Assembly (NCBI GenBank): GCA_030550155.1 | Contig: JAUQPZ010000001.1 | Span: forward strand, 974 to 64,973 | Source of the DNA: Thermoproteota archaeon | GTDB taxonomy: Archaea > Thermoproteota > Nitrososphaeria_A > Caldarchaeales > Calditenuaceae | DNA: 64,000 bases | Direction: 5' to 3' | Shown here: one piece after another, positions 26,540-35,240 of the stretch | Layout: each line of letters starts with the position of its first letter | Numbering within the stretch: position 1 is the stretch's first letter | The notes under the pieces: model-generated | The model's database searches: none | What the model was told of the DNA's origin: nothing | Seen by the model: only the letters and a program-made list of their open reading frames with translations | Position numbers and translations under genes: made by a program

Positions 26540-27771
26540 AAGAGGAGACACTCTCCCCTTAGTATGGAGTCGGTGATGGATGTTATGTTTCTGAGCTCTG
26601 ACCAGACAATCTCCGCGGCCTCATTCTTGACGCTGGATGTCACTTTCTGGCTTGAGAAGTACTGGATAGAGGCGATAAGTGGCTTGTCTATTCTCCTACC
26701 TATCTGGGCGAGCAGCTTAACATAAACCTCGTCAAAAACACCGCACTCGTTGTATATCTTGTCGGCGATTCTGAAGGCCGCTACATTGTATATCTTACCT
26801 ACGTGAGAGGTGGGATTCTTACCCGCCGTGGCCTCGAGCGACATCTGCCTGCAAGGAGTTATGAGGCCTGAAGCCCTATTACCTCTGCCCGTGTTTCCAT
26901 CATCACCATGCTCAGCCGAGGTCCCTGTCACAGTCAGATACACACTACTCTCCTCCCTTCTCTCATGATTAATGAGGTCTCCAGTATTGACATCCACCTT
27001 CACCTCCATTCCATCAGACAGCTTGACTGCGAGATCATAGACCTTCTCACAAATCTCCTCCTTCACAGAGAGATAGTGGTCGAGGTCAGGTGTAAGGTGT
27101 GACACAACACCATTAGCTATCGTTAAGTGAATCTTGTTACCCCTCCTCAGACCCATTACTTTACAGTCCTCGCCACTCTCCCTGAGAGTCTGTTTAAAGC
27201 TAGGGCTGTTTATCAGCCGCTCGGAGTTATAAACAATCTTCTCCAAGGCGGTGAATGGCGCATAGCCCACACCAAAGGAGGTGTCATTGGAGAGAGGTAC
27301 CTCACTCTTGTCAAACTCCACGAGCCTAACGAGGTCGGCGCTGCCCTGCCTGAACCTGCTATCGACGACCACGTGTTTCTCAGGATCCAGGAATCTGAAG
27401 TTTTTCCTTATGAATGATTTTACCGCGTTTTTTAACAACTGCTCGACAGGGACGGTGTAGACGTTAGTAGGCGTTTTAATGGTTGTAGTCGCCCTACCCG
27501 CAACCAAAATGTATATGGGCTCGTCAAGGGTCCCTCCTCCGAAGAAGGGCGTGGCCTTCCCGCCGACCAGCAGCCCCTTATCGAGGTTATGATGATATAT
27601 CTTCCCGAAGTTCTCAAGATAGTATCTTGAAATGGCCACGCTGGCAGCTTCGCAAGCCGAGTCGATCATGTAGTCGGGGTGACCGAGACCCTTTCTCTCA
27701 ACGATTTCGACATACTGTTTCTCCGCAGGTTTTCCCCGAATCCTCTCGAACACTATTGAAGATGTAGGCAT
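26536..27771 (-). CDS. mat: archaeal-type S-adenosylmethionine synthetase
   Basis: 411 aa. VERKGLGHPDYMIDSACEAASVAISRYY and LTVTGTSAEHGDDGNTGRGNR are hallmarks of archaeal MAT. A+T box tatttaaaag (27795-27804) is about 28 nt upstream. Confidence 0.9.
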   Translation of the reverse strand: MPTSSIVFERIRGKPAEKQYVEIVERKGLGHPDYMIDSACEAASVAISRYYLENFGKIYHHNLDKGLLVGGKATPFFGGGTLDEPIYILVAGRATTTIKTPTNVYTVPVEQLLKNAVKSFIRKNFRFLDPEKHVVVDSRFRQGSADLVRLVEFDKSEVPLSNDTSFGVGYAPFTALEKIVYNSERLINSPSFKQTLRESGEDCKVMGLRRGNKIHLTIANGVVSHLTPDLDHYLSVKEEICEKVYDLAVKLSDGMEVKVDVNTGDLINHERREESSVYLTVTGTSAEHGDDGNTGRGNRASGLITPCRQMSLEATAGKNPTSHVGKIYNVAAFRIADKIYNECGVFDEVYVKLLAQIGRRIDKPLIASIQYFSSQKVTSSVKNEAAEIVWSELRNITSITDSILRGECLLF

Positions 27772-27847
27772 CGAATAGGCGACAGTATAACCAGTATTTA
27801 AAAGGAATCCCCCTCATTACCGAAAACGTAGTGCGTCTCTTCGATGG

Positions 27848-28102
27848 CTACTCCTCAGAATAGTTGAGCTGTATATACAGGACGTTGTTTCCCCTTACGA
27901 GGATGTAGGGGTAACTCGCCTTCTTGACGTCGTTTTGATACTCGACGCCCCTGTTGATGACTAGGTTCATGTAGTTGTCTGCCTCCACCAGTGTTCCTAC
28001 ATAACAGATGTCGTTCTTCAGCATCACTCTAACTTGTTTGCTAAAGCTGTTCATTATGAGAGCTAGCGGCCTGACGCCTGCCTGACTGCTCAAGACCCTC
28101 AT
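27848..28102 (-). CDS. Sm-like archaeal protein (LSm/SmAP)
   Basis: 84 aa. VRVMLKNDICYVGTLVEADNYMNLVINRGVEY..YILVRGNNVLYI gives Sm1/Sm2 motifs. Confidence 0.8.
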   Translation of the reverse strand: MRVLSSQAGVRPLALIMNSFSKQVRVMLKNDICYVGTLVEADNYMNLVINRGVEYQNDVKKASYPYILVRGNNVLYIQLNYSEE

Positions 28103-28288
28103 TTGGATAAGGAAGAGCCTATAATAAAAGCATGTCTCGAGAAGACGTCAGTCCCGTCTCATCTGCCGTAAGTGGTCTAAGCTCATGGAGCAGCTATGTA
28201 GCCCCTGGTGTACCGCGCATGTATCTGCGACATAACCCAGATATGGCAAAAACATATATGACGCATGGTTGATTAGATTCACGTTCAG

Positions 28289-28591
28289 TTGAGCGGAGAG
28301 GGGTTAGGACTAAGCAGGAGGGCGCGCTTCCTATTAATATTATCGTTGGTAGGCGTGGCCATAAGTATAGTCCCTACAATGCTCTTTCTCTTGGTGGTTG
28401 AGAATAAGAGAGGAGATCCATTAGGCTGGGAGATCTTCACACACTTCCCCCTCCATCTACTAACAGCTTTTATCGGCGCCATGATAGGTATTGTCGGCGC
28501 TCTGCTTTTCCGGGCTACTATTAGGCGCGAGCTTGAGGCACCGCGCGCAGAGAAGAAGGAGGCCGTTCAGGTTTTAGCTGATAGAGTGTGA
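28289..28591 (+). CDS. small hypothetical membrane protein (2 TM helices)
   Basis: 100 aa, TTG start, about 30 nt after the A+T box aaaacatatatg (~28250-28262). TM segments FLLILSLVGVAISIVPTMLFLLVV and LLTAFIGAMIGIVGALLF. Confidence 0.45.
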   Translation: MSGEGLGLSRRARFLLILSLVGVAISIVPTMLFLLVVENKRGDPLGWEIFTHFPLHLLTAFIGAMIGIVGALLFRATIRRELEAPRAEKKEAVQVLADRV

Positions 28592-28598
28592 GGACTTT

Positions 28599-31500
28599 CT
28601 ATACGTATCGCCTCAATGAGAGTTGCCGCGGAGATTTAACGCTCGTCTGCTTGAAGTCTGATTGTATATTCTCGATTGCGTTCACTGTCCCCTCCTTCAG
28701 GTAGGAGTTCTCGACATATTCCTCGAGTAAAAGAGAGGCGAGCTCGACATACTTCTCGACTGCGCCTCTATAGACTGTTTGGCTTAGTTCCTCGCCGCAG
28801 ACACGGCAGACCCCCCTCAGCAGCATTCTCCTATAACGCGTCCCGCACTTTCTACAGATATATGACTGAAAGAAAAATGTCCGCATATTGCCGATGATGT
28901 CTGGCAAAACATGATGAGCCAAGACTCTTTCGGCGACGAAGCGAGGGTCAACTGAGCTGAGCATGTTGCATAGCTCAAGCTGAGCTGTTACTCTTTCTAG
29001 CATTGTTCTCTTCTTTGTGTATGACGAGCTGTTCACGTATCCGTGTAGGGCCGCTACATGTTTCATACATTTTGCCGCGCCTGGCGCTGGGCCGCTTTTT
29101 ACAAGGGATTTCAGGAGGGTGACGCTGTCAATCAATTTGACTGCTGGCTCTTCGCGGAGGGCCGCTTCGTAGAATTTTAATGGATATCTCTCTACAAACT
29201 CTATGTTATGTGCTTGCTCGTCTACTTCCTCTGGGTCAACTACGACGTTTAGCAGGAGTGGGGTGTCCATTGTGCCCCCGATTCTGTCTGGGAGGTATTT
29301 CGCGCTAAAATTCATGAGAACATCAAGCAGTAACATCGTGCTGTCCTCGTCGCCGTCGCAGTCTCTTCGCTTTGCCGCGTGAAGGAGAGGGTGAGCATAA
29401 ACAACCTTCGCGTCGGTTATGCCGATTACTCTACAAACGACCGCCCCATAAGTGTGGGGGGACAACGCCGCAACTAAGACGCCTATAACGTCCTTGGGGG
29501 ACTGTAGCCTGTAATATTCTTCGAGGCCGGCGTCAACGAGGAGCTTATCGATTAGCTTGGACACCTTGTATAAGTGCTCCGCGAGGGCTGAGGGAATGAC
29601 GATGTCCTGAGTCTTGAGCTCCACTGATTCGTCCGTGGAGATGAGGGGCTGGCCATTAAGGTCTGTCGTGTACCCGAGCTTCCGGAGTGTTTCCAAGTCG
29701 CACCCTATTTGCCTCGGGGTGAAGTGTGTTAGGGGAGCGTTGGTGCAGTCGAACCTTATTGTCCCGTCCTTATACACATAGAGTTTAAGAGAGGCGCGTA
29801 GGAAGCCCTTCTTCAAATCTTCGGGCTGCTTATACCAGCTTGTCAATTTCTTAACACCTTTAACGCTCCTCGGCGAGACGCCTACACCGCCCTTGACGCG
29901 CTTGACCTCGTCTCCAAGCTCGATGACCCACTTCTTAGAGATCTTCAATGCGTTCCCGCAGCGTGAACACTCTTTCCCCTCCGGTTCGATATACTCAGAG
30001 CCACAGTTCACACACTCGGCAACTATCACCGTGGGTTTCCCGCATCTGCCACATATTCCGCGCCAAGTTTTCTCTCCGCACGAGGTGCAGGCTCTGGAGA
30101 CAAGCTCTACAGAGAGGTTTTCATGAGTGGCAGCCTTCAGTATGTCGCGTTTCGGACCGCCTGCCAGCCCCACAGGGAAAAGGACGTGGACGGGCGGCTT
30201 GAGCCTCCTCTGCTTGGCCTTTTCAGGCCTCCCCACTCTCACGGTGAGCACAGAGCCCATCCTAGCTCTGAAGGGGGTTTCTGAGAGTTTCTCGACAGCC
30301 TCTTTCAAGCTCAGACCTGAGACATCAATATTCTTGAAGGGTCTGAAGAGGAAGATGAGGGCTTTGACCCAGCTCTTTGAGACTTGAACTCTGCTGTCAT
30401 GTATTCTGTGCTCTATTAGCATGGTCTCTAGAATTGCTTTCACTTGGCTGTCCACGGGTATAAGGAAGTGGTCCAGTGTTCTCGTTGAGGATGATATCGA
30501 GGCTGAGAGCCATTTCCTCAGTGCCTCGATCTCTTTTCCCGTGCACCTGTCCCAGTAGGGTGTGTATTTGGGGTGGAGGGGGACGCCGAGTTTGGAGCTG
30601 ACCCTACACGCAACCTCTACGCCCGGGGCCTCGAGGAAGGGGTTTGACAAAGCTCTCTCCACAGCTTTTATCTCGTTTTCCGAGAGCCGCGCCCTCCAGT
30701 CGGGGATGGAGACTACTTCCTCGACCCAGAACTCCTCACAGTATCCAGGAGGCCTGAGCCTGACGTTATTCTCTACGCAGTCGCCGTAGCTGACAAGTAT
30801 GTCTCCATTAAACAGGACCTTGTTTAGCCTCTCTATGGCCTCAGTCAGTTTCTCCTCGGAGTCAACCCTGATGACAGATGTATCCGAGAGCATGACGATG
30901 GGGGGCTCTATCGTGGCCACAGCCATAGCCACCCCGCCCTTTCCCGGATAATCTGTCTTCAACTGTGTGCCTATCGCAACGTATCCCTTGAGAATCTTCA
31001 TTGTGTATGGGTGGATTCCAAAGGCCGCCATAGAGGTGTTGGGTGCGCGCCCATACCGCAGCCTAAACCCGCCGAAACGATTCTCCATAGAGAGGACAGG
31101 CCTGCCGCCCACCACCTCCTCTATGACCGACGCCCTTCTCTCAGAGGCATATCTTTTCAACATCTCAGGCACGGCTCGGAGCCAATCCCACCCATCCATA
31201 CCAGCGACGTCTATAAGTCGGAGAAGCTTCCTCGCACGCCCCGCGACCCCGTCGTTGACCACTCTGAGGGCTCCGCCGCGGAGGTAAGGCGTCTCAACCC
31301 TTGCTAGGTTCCTGAAGCTGGAGACTGGGATGTTGTCGGTGGCTATGCCTGTTATCTCTATTGGTAGTCGGTGAAGGACGTATTCAAGCACATCATCCGG
31401 GACATTATACTGGAAGTTCCCCACCTTCCGCTTATATGTTCTTATCTCCTCTACGAAGCGCATCACCTCCTCTTCCGTCGCTTTGTAAGGTGAGAGGCCC

Positions 31501-32018
31501 GCAACCTTCCTCAGATAGTCTGCAAGCACGACCGAGCCCGCGATCTCTGTGCCGCCGGCCGACCTGATGGGCCCTGCGTAATAGACTGCGAGATACTTGG
31601 AGCCGTCGGGGTTCTGTTTTATCTTAACGTTAACGATGCCCTCGTTGGGGGCTGCTGTTGTTCCTGGAGGGGTCATCGCGGCCAGCGCAGCTCGTAGAAT
31701 CTGCGTCAACCTCAGCTCGTCAGCGTGGTCTGAGCCGCCGTAGAGCCTCTCTATGAGTTTGAAAGGGACTAGCTCGGGGTCGCAGTTAGCGGAAAGCTCG
31801 TTTAGGATATCCTTTACGCCGGGCGGGCCGACGAGGGCCTCTATTCTCTCAGCCATGTTGAAGGTGATCTTGACCTCTACCTCGCTCGTAGGCTGCTGGA
31901 CCCGCCTCCGGTAAGCCTTTGCTATTTCATACTCCCTCATAACCCTCGCGACCAGTTCCTCTACGTATGTGCTGCCAGCCCCGCCGCCCCTCAACCTATC
32001 TCTAGACGGCCTAAACAC
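28599..32018 (-). CDS. polC: DNA polymerase II (PolD) large subunit DP2
   Basis: 1139 aa. Overall DP2 architecture with central Cys clusters (CTSCGEKTWRGICGRCG, CVNCGSEY..CSRCG), CDGDED catalytic motif context (KRRDCDGDEDS) and a C-terminal zinc finger CRKCGTRY..CRVCG. The length argues against an intein. Confidence 0.95.
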   Translation of the reverse strand: MFRPSRDRLRGGGAGSTYVEELVARVMREYEIAKAYRRRVQQPTSEVEVKITFNMAERIEALVGPPGVKDILNELSANCDPELVPFKLIERLYGGSDHADELRLTQILRAALAAMTPPGTTAAPNEGIVNVKIKQNPDGSKYLAVYYAGPIRSAGGTEIAGSVVLADYLRKVAGLSPYKATEEEVMRFVEEIRTYKRKVGNFQYNVPDDVLEYVLHRLPIEITGIATDNIPVSSFRNLARVETPYLRGGALRVVNDGVAGRARKLLRLIDVAGMDGWDWLRAVPEMLKRYASERRASVIEEVVGGRPVLSMENRFGGFRLRYGRAPNTSMAAFGIHPYTMKILKGYVAIGTQLKTDYPGKGGVAMAVATIEPPIVMLSDTSVIRVDSEEKLTEAIERLNKVLFNGDILVSYGDCVENNVRLRPPGYCEEFWVEEVVSIPDWRARLSENEIKAVERALSNPFLEAPGVEVACRVSSKLGVPLHPKYTPYWDRCTGKEIEALRKWLSASISSSTRTLDHFLIPVDSQVKAILETMLIEHRIHDSRVQVSKSWVKALIFLFRPFKNIDVSGLSLKEAVEKLSETPFRARMGSVLTVRVGRPEKAKQRRLKPPVHVLFPVGLAGGPKRDILKAATHENLSVELVSRACTSCGEKTWRGICGRCGKPTVIVAECVNCGSEYIEPEGKECSRCGNALKISKKWVIELGDEVKRVKGGVGVSPRSVKGVKKLTSWYKQPEDLKKGFLRASLKLYVYKDGTIRFDCTNAPLTHFTPRQIGCDLETLRKLGYTTDLNGQPLISTDESVELKTQDIVIPSALAEHLYKVSKLIDKLLVDAGLEEYYRLQSPKDVIGVLVAALSPHTYGAVVCRVIGITDAKVVYAHPLLHAAKRRDCDGDEDSTMLLLDVLMNFSAKYLPDRIGGTMDTPLLLNVVVDPEEVDEQAHNIEFVERYPLKFYEAALREEPAVKLIDSVTLLKSLVKSGPAPGAAKCMKHVAALHGYVNSSSYTKKRTMLERVTAQLELCNMLSSVDPRFVAERVLAHHVLPDIIGNMRTFFFQSYICRKCGTRYRRMLLRGVCRVCGEELSQTVYRGAVEKYVELASLLLEEYVENSYLKEGTVNAIENIQSDFKQTSVKSPRQLSLRRYV

Positions 32019-32051
32019 TGCCGGATAATAAAGAGGACTTCCAGAGGCCGG

Positions 32052-32864
32052 CTATGTCATCTGCCCGGTATATCGTGTAATGGCGGGCGGCCTCTCCCTA
32101 GCTGCCATGCGGGCCGACTTGACCAGTCCTGCAAGCCTCTCGGGTGCCTGCTCAACCAAGGTCCCTGTCACTATTATGTCTGCGCCAGCCCGGATAATCT
32201 CGGCCGCGTCCTCACCTGACCTAATGCCCCCGCCGACGATTATTGGAATATCTACGGCCTTTCTTACGATCCTGATCAGCTGTGGGGGAATCGGGGAGTC
32301 CGCTCCCGAGCCTGCCTCGAGGTAGATCAGGCGCATGCCCAGTAGCTGGGCTGCTAGGGCGTAGCTCGCTACGATGGCGGGCTTGCTCTCAGGCAGTGGG
32401 AAGGCCCTGCCTACTGCGGCCACACTCGTCTCTCCTTTAAAGACGACATACCCCATCGGGATGGGTTCGAGGCCGTATTCCTTTACGAGGAATGAGGCGT
32501 GTATCTGCGCGCCGAGTATAAACCACCACTCGAGAGAGTTTAGGAGGGACATGTAGAAGATTGCGTCGGCGTATGGACTGACAGACGTTATGTTGCTTGG
32601 AAATATTATGACCGGGAGGCTTGAGACGGATTTTATTGCCTTGATTGCCTCATCCATCATCTCCCTGAAGTAGACTGTTGAGCCACCCACCATGAACCCG
32701 TCTGTCCCCATCTCCTCCGAGAGTTTGGCGAGACGGGCGAGTGATGCCGGGTCCTTTATCTCTGGGTCGAAGAGTGTGAGGTGGACATATCCCTTCTCCC
32801 TCAGTAAGTCGACGATGTATGCCTCAGTTTTTCCAAGCTTGAAGCCTAGGCTCGGAGGACTCAT
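32052..32864 (-). CDS. geranylgeranylglyceryl phosphate synthase (GGGPS/PcrB family)
   Basis: 270 aa. HLTLFDPE, GTDGFMVGGS, LIYLEAGSGA and PIIVGGGIRSGEDA are classic GGGPS TIM-barrel motifs. Confidence 0.9.
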   Translation of the reverse strand: MSPPSLGFKLGKTEAYIVDLLREKGYVHLTLFDPEIKDPASLARLAKLSEEMGTDGFMVGGSTVYFREMMDEAIKAIKSVSSLPVIIFPSNITSVSPYADAIFYMSLLNSLEWWFILGAQIHASFLVKEYGLEPIPMGYVVFKGETSVAAVGRAFPLPESKPAIVASYALAAQLLGMRLIYLEAGSGADSPIPPQLIRIVRKAVDIPIIVGGGIRSGEDAAEIIRAGADIIVTGTLVEQAPERLAGLVKSARMAARERPPAITRYTGQMT

Positions 32865-33247
32865 AGCGTGCTGTATTCCTCTTTCTGCTCTTCACTATCC
32901 GATGGCTCGGCCTCGGCGTAACTCTCCGTGACCTCGGCGGGCTCGACTGCCTCTGAGGTCGCTGTCTCGGCGGCCGCCCCCTCTAGGCGCTCAATCCTCT
33001 CCCTGACCTTCTCTGCGCTCACACGTCCCATGACAATGTCATACCAAGTCGAGTAGGCGTCGACGGGGAGATAGCTCTTAAGCCAGGGAACCTCGTGGCT
33101 TACACCACACTTCCCGCAGACAACCACCGCCCTAAACCTTTGCGTATGGGTGACCGTCACCGCCTGAGCTCCGCACAGCGGGCACGGAAAAACTTTAGGG
33201 GGCGACCGCACAGGCTTCCTAATTATCTTCCTCCTCTTCCTACCCAT
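32861..33247 (-). CDS. elf1: transcription elongation factor Elf1 homolog (zinc ribbon) with acidic C-terminal tail
   Basis: 128 aa. MGRKRRKIIRKP..FPCPLCG..VVCGKCGVSHEVPW..LPVDAYSTWYD parallels eukaryotic Elf1 (MG+RKK..F.C.FC..C..CG..PVDVYS.W.D). 4-nt overlap with the GGGPS gene. Confidence 0.75.
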   Translation of the reverse strand: MGRKRRKIIRKPVRSPPKVFPCPLCGAQAVTVTHTQRFRAVVVCGKCGVSHEVPWLKSYLPVDAYSTWYDIVMGRVSAEKVRERIERLEGAAAETATSEAVEPAEVTESYAEAEPSDSEEQKEEYSTL

Positions 33248-33310
33248 CTATCCGACACCTATGAAGAGGGCGCTACGCCTCTAAATTACCTTTCGTTTAG
33301 GGGCGGGATT

Positions 33311-33385
33311 TGCGGCCGCCGGGATTTGAACCCGGGTATTGGGCTCGGAAAGCCCACGTCCTAGTCCAGGCTAGACCACGGCCGC
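33311..33385 (-). tRNA. tRNA-Gly (anticodon UCC), no encoded CCA, no intron
   Basis: Hand-folded cloverleaf. Acceptor GCGGCCG/CGGCCGC, D stem GTCT/GGAC, anticodon stem TGGGC/GCCCA with loop TTTCCGA, T arm CCGGG-TTCAAAT-CCCGG, discriminator A. 75 nt. Confidence 0.9.
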
Positions 33386-33522
33386 ATCCATAGACTATCT
33401 ACTGTGGAGGCCTGAATTAATAAGTTAACATCTGAGCAGACTGAGATTGGGTCCGGATGGTGTCTGACTAAGAATCTTTTTAATAATATTTTTATAAGTG
33501 GTCTCTTTACTTAGTCTGTGGT

Positions 33523-34425
33523 TTGCTCCATGATCTTGTGAAGAAGGTGGAGGAGCTGGGGGAGAGGGCTCGGAGATATAAGGATGCACTCTCAAAGAAC
33601 GAGATGCTTACGCGTTATGTCTTAATTGACCCCTTCCTGAGGATGTGGGGTTGGGATACGGAGAACCCTGAACAGGTTAGGCCAGAGTTTGCCACGCAGG
33701 CGGGTAGGCCAGACTATGCTTTGCTAGGACCTGATGGAAAAGTTGTAGCGTTTGTAGGCGCGAAGAGTCTGGGTAGAAAGGAGGACCTCGAGCAATACAT
33801 AACATACTGCGTGCAGGTGGGTGTGCAATACTTTATAGCTACAGACGGGGTTAAGTGGGAGGTCTACGACACACACGTTCTTAAACCCCTATCTGACAAG
33901 AAGATCGCAGAATGGGACATACTGCAGGAGAACTTGGGGGACGTTATTAGAAAGGCTTTCATACTTTTCAGCCACATGCCGTTCTCCGGCATAGCACCTG
34001 AACCCATAACAACGGTGAAAACAGCGCCTAAACCCTCAGTAGAAAAAGTCAGAGAAACTCTACAAACCTTGGATAAGATCACACCTAAGCTAGGTGAGAG
34101 ACTGAGATACAGCCAGATAGTCTTCCCAGACGGCAGCAGGTTCATGTTGAAAGCTTGGAGCGATATCTTATATCATACGGTCAAATGGTTGATAGAGACC
34201 AATAAACTAGCGAGGCGTAACTGCCCCGTAAAAATCGGCCCAAAGAGATACTTAATACATGTAGAGCCTAAACATTCTACTGGAACAGAATTTAGGAGTC
34301 CCAAAGAAATTAATGGCCTCTATCTTGAGGCGAACTTTAATATAAAGGATCTGATTAAACACGCGAAAACTCTTTTGCAGCAGGTGGGGATTGATCCTTC
34401 TCAAGTTTACCTCACGGCTGTTTGA
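33523..34425 (+). CDS. hypothetical protein with type I restriction enzyme HSDR_N-like (PD-(D/E)xK) N-terminal domain
   Basis: 300 aa. EMLTRYVLIDPFLRMWGWD..GRPDYALLGPDGKVVAFVGAKS..YFIATDGVKWEVYD follows the HSDR_N pattern, but the usual ExK is GAK. The C-terminal ~170 aa are unrecognised. The 3' half is A+T-rich. Confidence 0.6.
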   Translation: MLHDLVKKVEELGERARRYKDALSKNEMLTRYVLIDPFLRMWGWDTENPEQVRPEFATQAGRPDYALLGPDGKVVAFVGAKSLGRKEDLEQYITYCVQVGVQYFIATDGVKWEVYDTHVLKPLSDKKIAEWDILQENLGDVIRKAFILFSHMPFSGIAPEPITTVKTAPKPSVEKVRETLQTLDKITPKLGERLRYSQIVFPDGSRFMLKAWSDILYHTVKWLIETNKLARRNCPVKIGPKRYLIHVEPKHSTGTEFRSPKEINGLYLEANFNIKDLIKHAKTLLQQVGIDPSQVYLTAV

Positions 34426-34452
34426 TACGGTGTTGTCTCAGCCGTTTGGAGG

Positions 34453-34466
34453 TTTAAACCTATATT
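34453..34466 (+). promoter_or_regulatory. A+T box upstream of tRNA-Thr
   Basis: tttaaacctatatt lies about 30-40 nt upstream of the mature tRNA 5' end at 34494. Confidence 0.4.
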
Positions 34467-34493
34467 GGCGCTGCTCTGTGGTTGTGTTGGCGG

Positions 34494-34567
34494 GCCTCGG
34501 TAGCTCAGCCGGGTGGAGCACCGGCTTGGTAAGCCGGGGGTCGCGGGTTCAAATCCCGCCCGAGGCT
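34494..34567 (+). tRNA. tRNA-Thr (anticodon GGU), no encoded CCA, no intron
   Basis: Hand-folded. Acceptor GCCTCGG/CCGAGGC, D arm GCTC-AGCCGGGTG-GAGC, anticodon stem CCGGC/GCCGG with loop TTGGTAA, T arm GCGGG-TTCAAAT-CCCGC, discriminator T. 74 nt. Confidence 0.9.
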
Positions 34568-34763
34568 ACAGCCACGGAAAACTCGGCCCAAGTGGGCATC
34601 ATCCCGCCTCTATGAGATAAAATGCTAAATATTCTCCTGGGAAGCTTTCCTCATGTGAGGCTCAATTCAGCGGTTCTCGTCGGCTTCTTGGTCGTCGCCG
34701 TGGTGTCAAGCCTAGTGCTGGGCATGATTCTCAGCCCATACATCATGACCGCTCCCCCGCGTC

Positions 34764-35240
34764 TTGAGAGTGGTCGAGACCAAGGAGGTTCGCGTCACGG
34801 TAGAGAGAACAGTCACCATCTCACATACATCGACGATTACCTCCACGAGAGAGGAGACAGTCACACAGATCACCACAATAACAGTCACTGAGAGATTCCC
34901 AAAATTCAACGAGACAGTCGACTCCCGCTGCGCCGTCCTCAAGACAGATAAAGACGTCTACAGAGTATCTGAGCGCGTCACAATTATCCTTGAGAACAGA
35001 TGCGAATACACCCTGATTCTGCCGAACTCAGCGCCTTGGTTGATTAAAGACGCCACGGGCGAAATCGTCTTTTCTCCCTTTGCGGCGCAGGTAATCACCG
35101 AGCTGGGGCCAGGCGGTAGGGATAGGTGGAGCTGGGACCAGAAGGATAATCTAGGAGTTCAGGCCTCCCCTGGGAAGTTCTATGTGGAGCTGCACAGCAT
35201 CAACGCTAGCACCCTTGTCGCTGAGTTCATCATCGTTTAG
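34764..35240 (+). CDS. Thr-rich linker plus beta-sandwich-like domain protein (probable secreted protein; its N-terminal signal-anchor appears to lie in another frame upstream)
   Basis: 158-aa ORF. TKEVRVTVERTVTISHTSTITSTREETVTQITTITVTE, then LENRCEYTLILPNSAPWLIKDATGEIVFSPF..PGKFYVEL (BsuPI/Ig-like flavour, weak). The upstream ORF 34622..34891 encodes a TM helix only up to ~34757. See the frameshift finding. Confidence 0.6.
   Translation: MRVVETKEVRVTVERTVTISHTSTITSTREETVTQITTITVTERFPKFNETVDSRCAVLKTDKDVYRVSERVTIILENRCEYTLILPNSAPWLIKDATGEIVFSPFAAQVITELGPGGRDRWSWDQKDNLGVQASPGKFYVELHSINASTLVAEFIIV

Noticed and set aside
28103-28288. Possible ncRNA (small hairpins GTCT-CGAGA-AGAC and CGCA-TGTATC-TGCG followed by ACA, H/ACA-like) in the 186-nt spacer between the Sm gene and a small membrane ORF
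   Set aside because: The stems are only 4 bp, with no pseudouridylation pocket or K-turn that I could build. The spacer is adequately explained by two divergent promoters with A+T boxes at ~28124-28133 and ~28250-28262.
28599-32018. Intein in PolD DP2
   Set aside because: At 1139 aa the protein is within the intein-free DP2 size range. I saw no Hint/LAGLIDADG block interrupting the conserved regions.
33248-34621. Integrated mobile element or att sites at the two tRNA genes
   Set aside because: I could see no integrase, transposase or duplicated tRNA fragment in the flanks. Only a compositional hint remains, which is reported as a finding with caveats.
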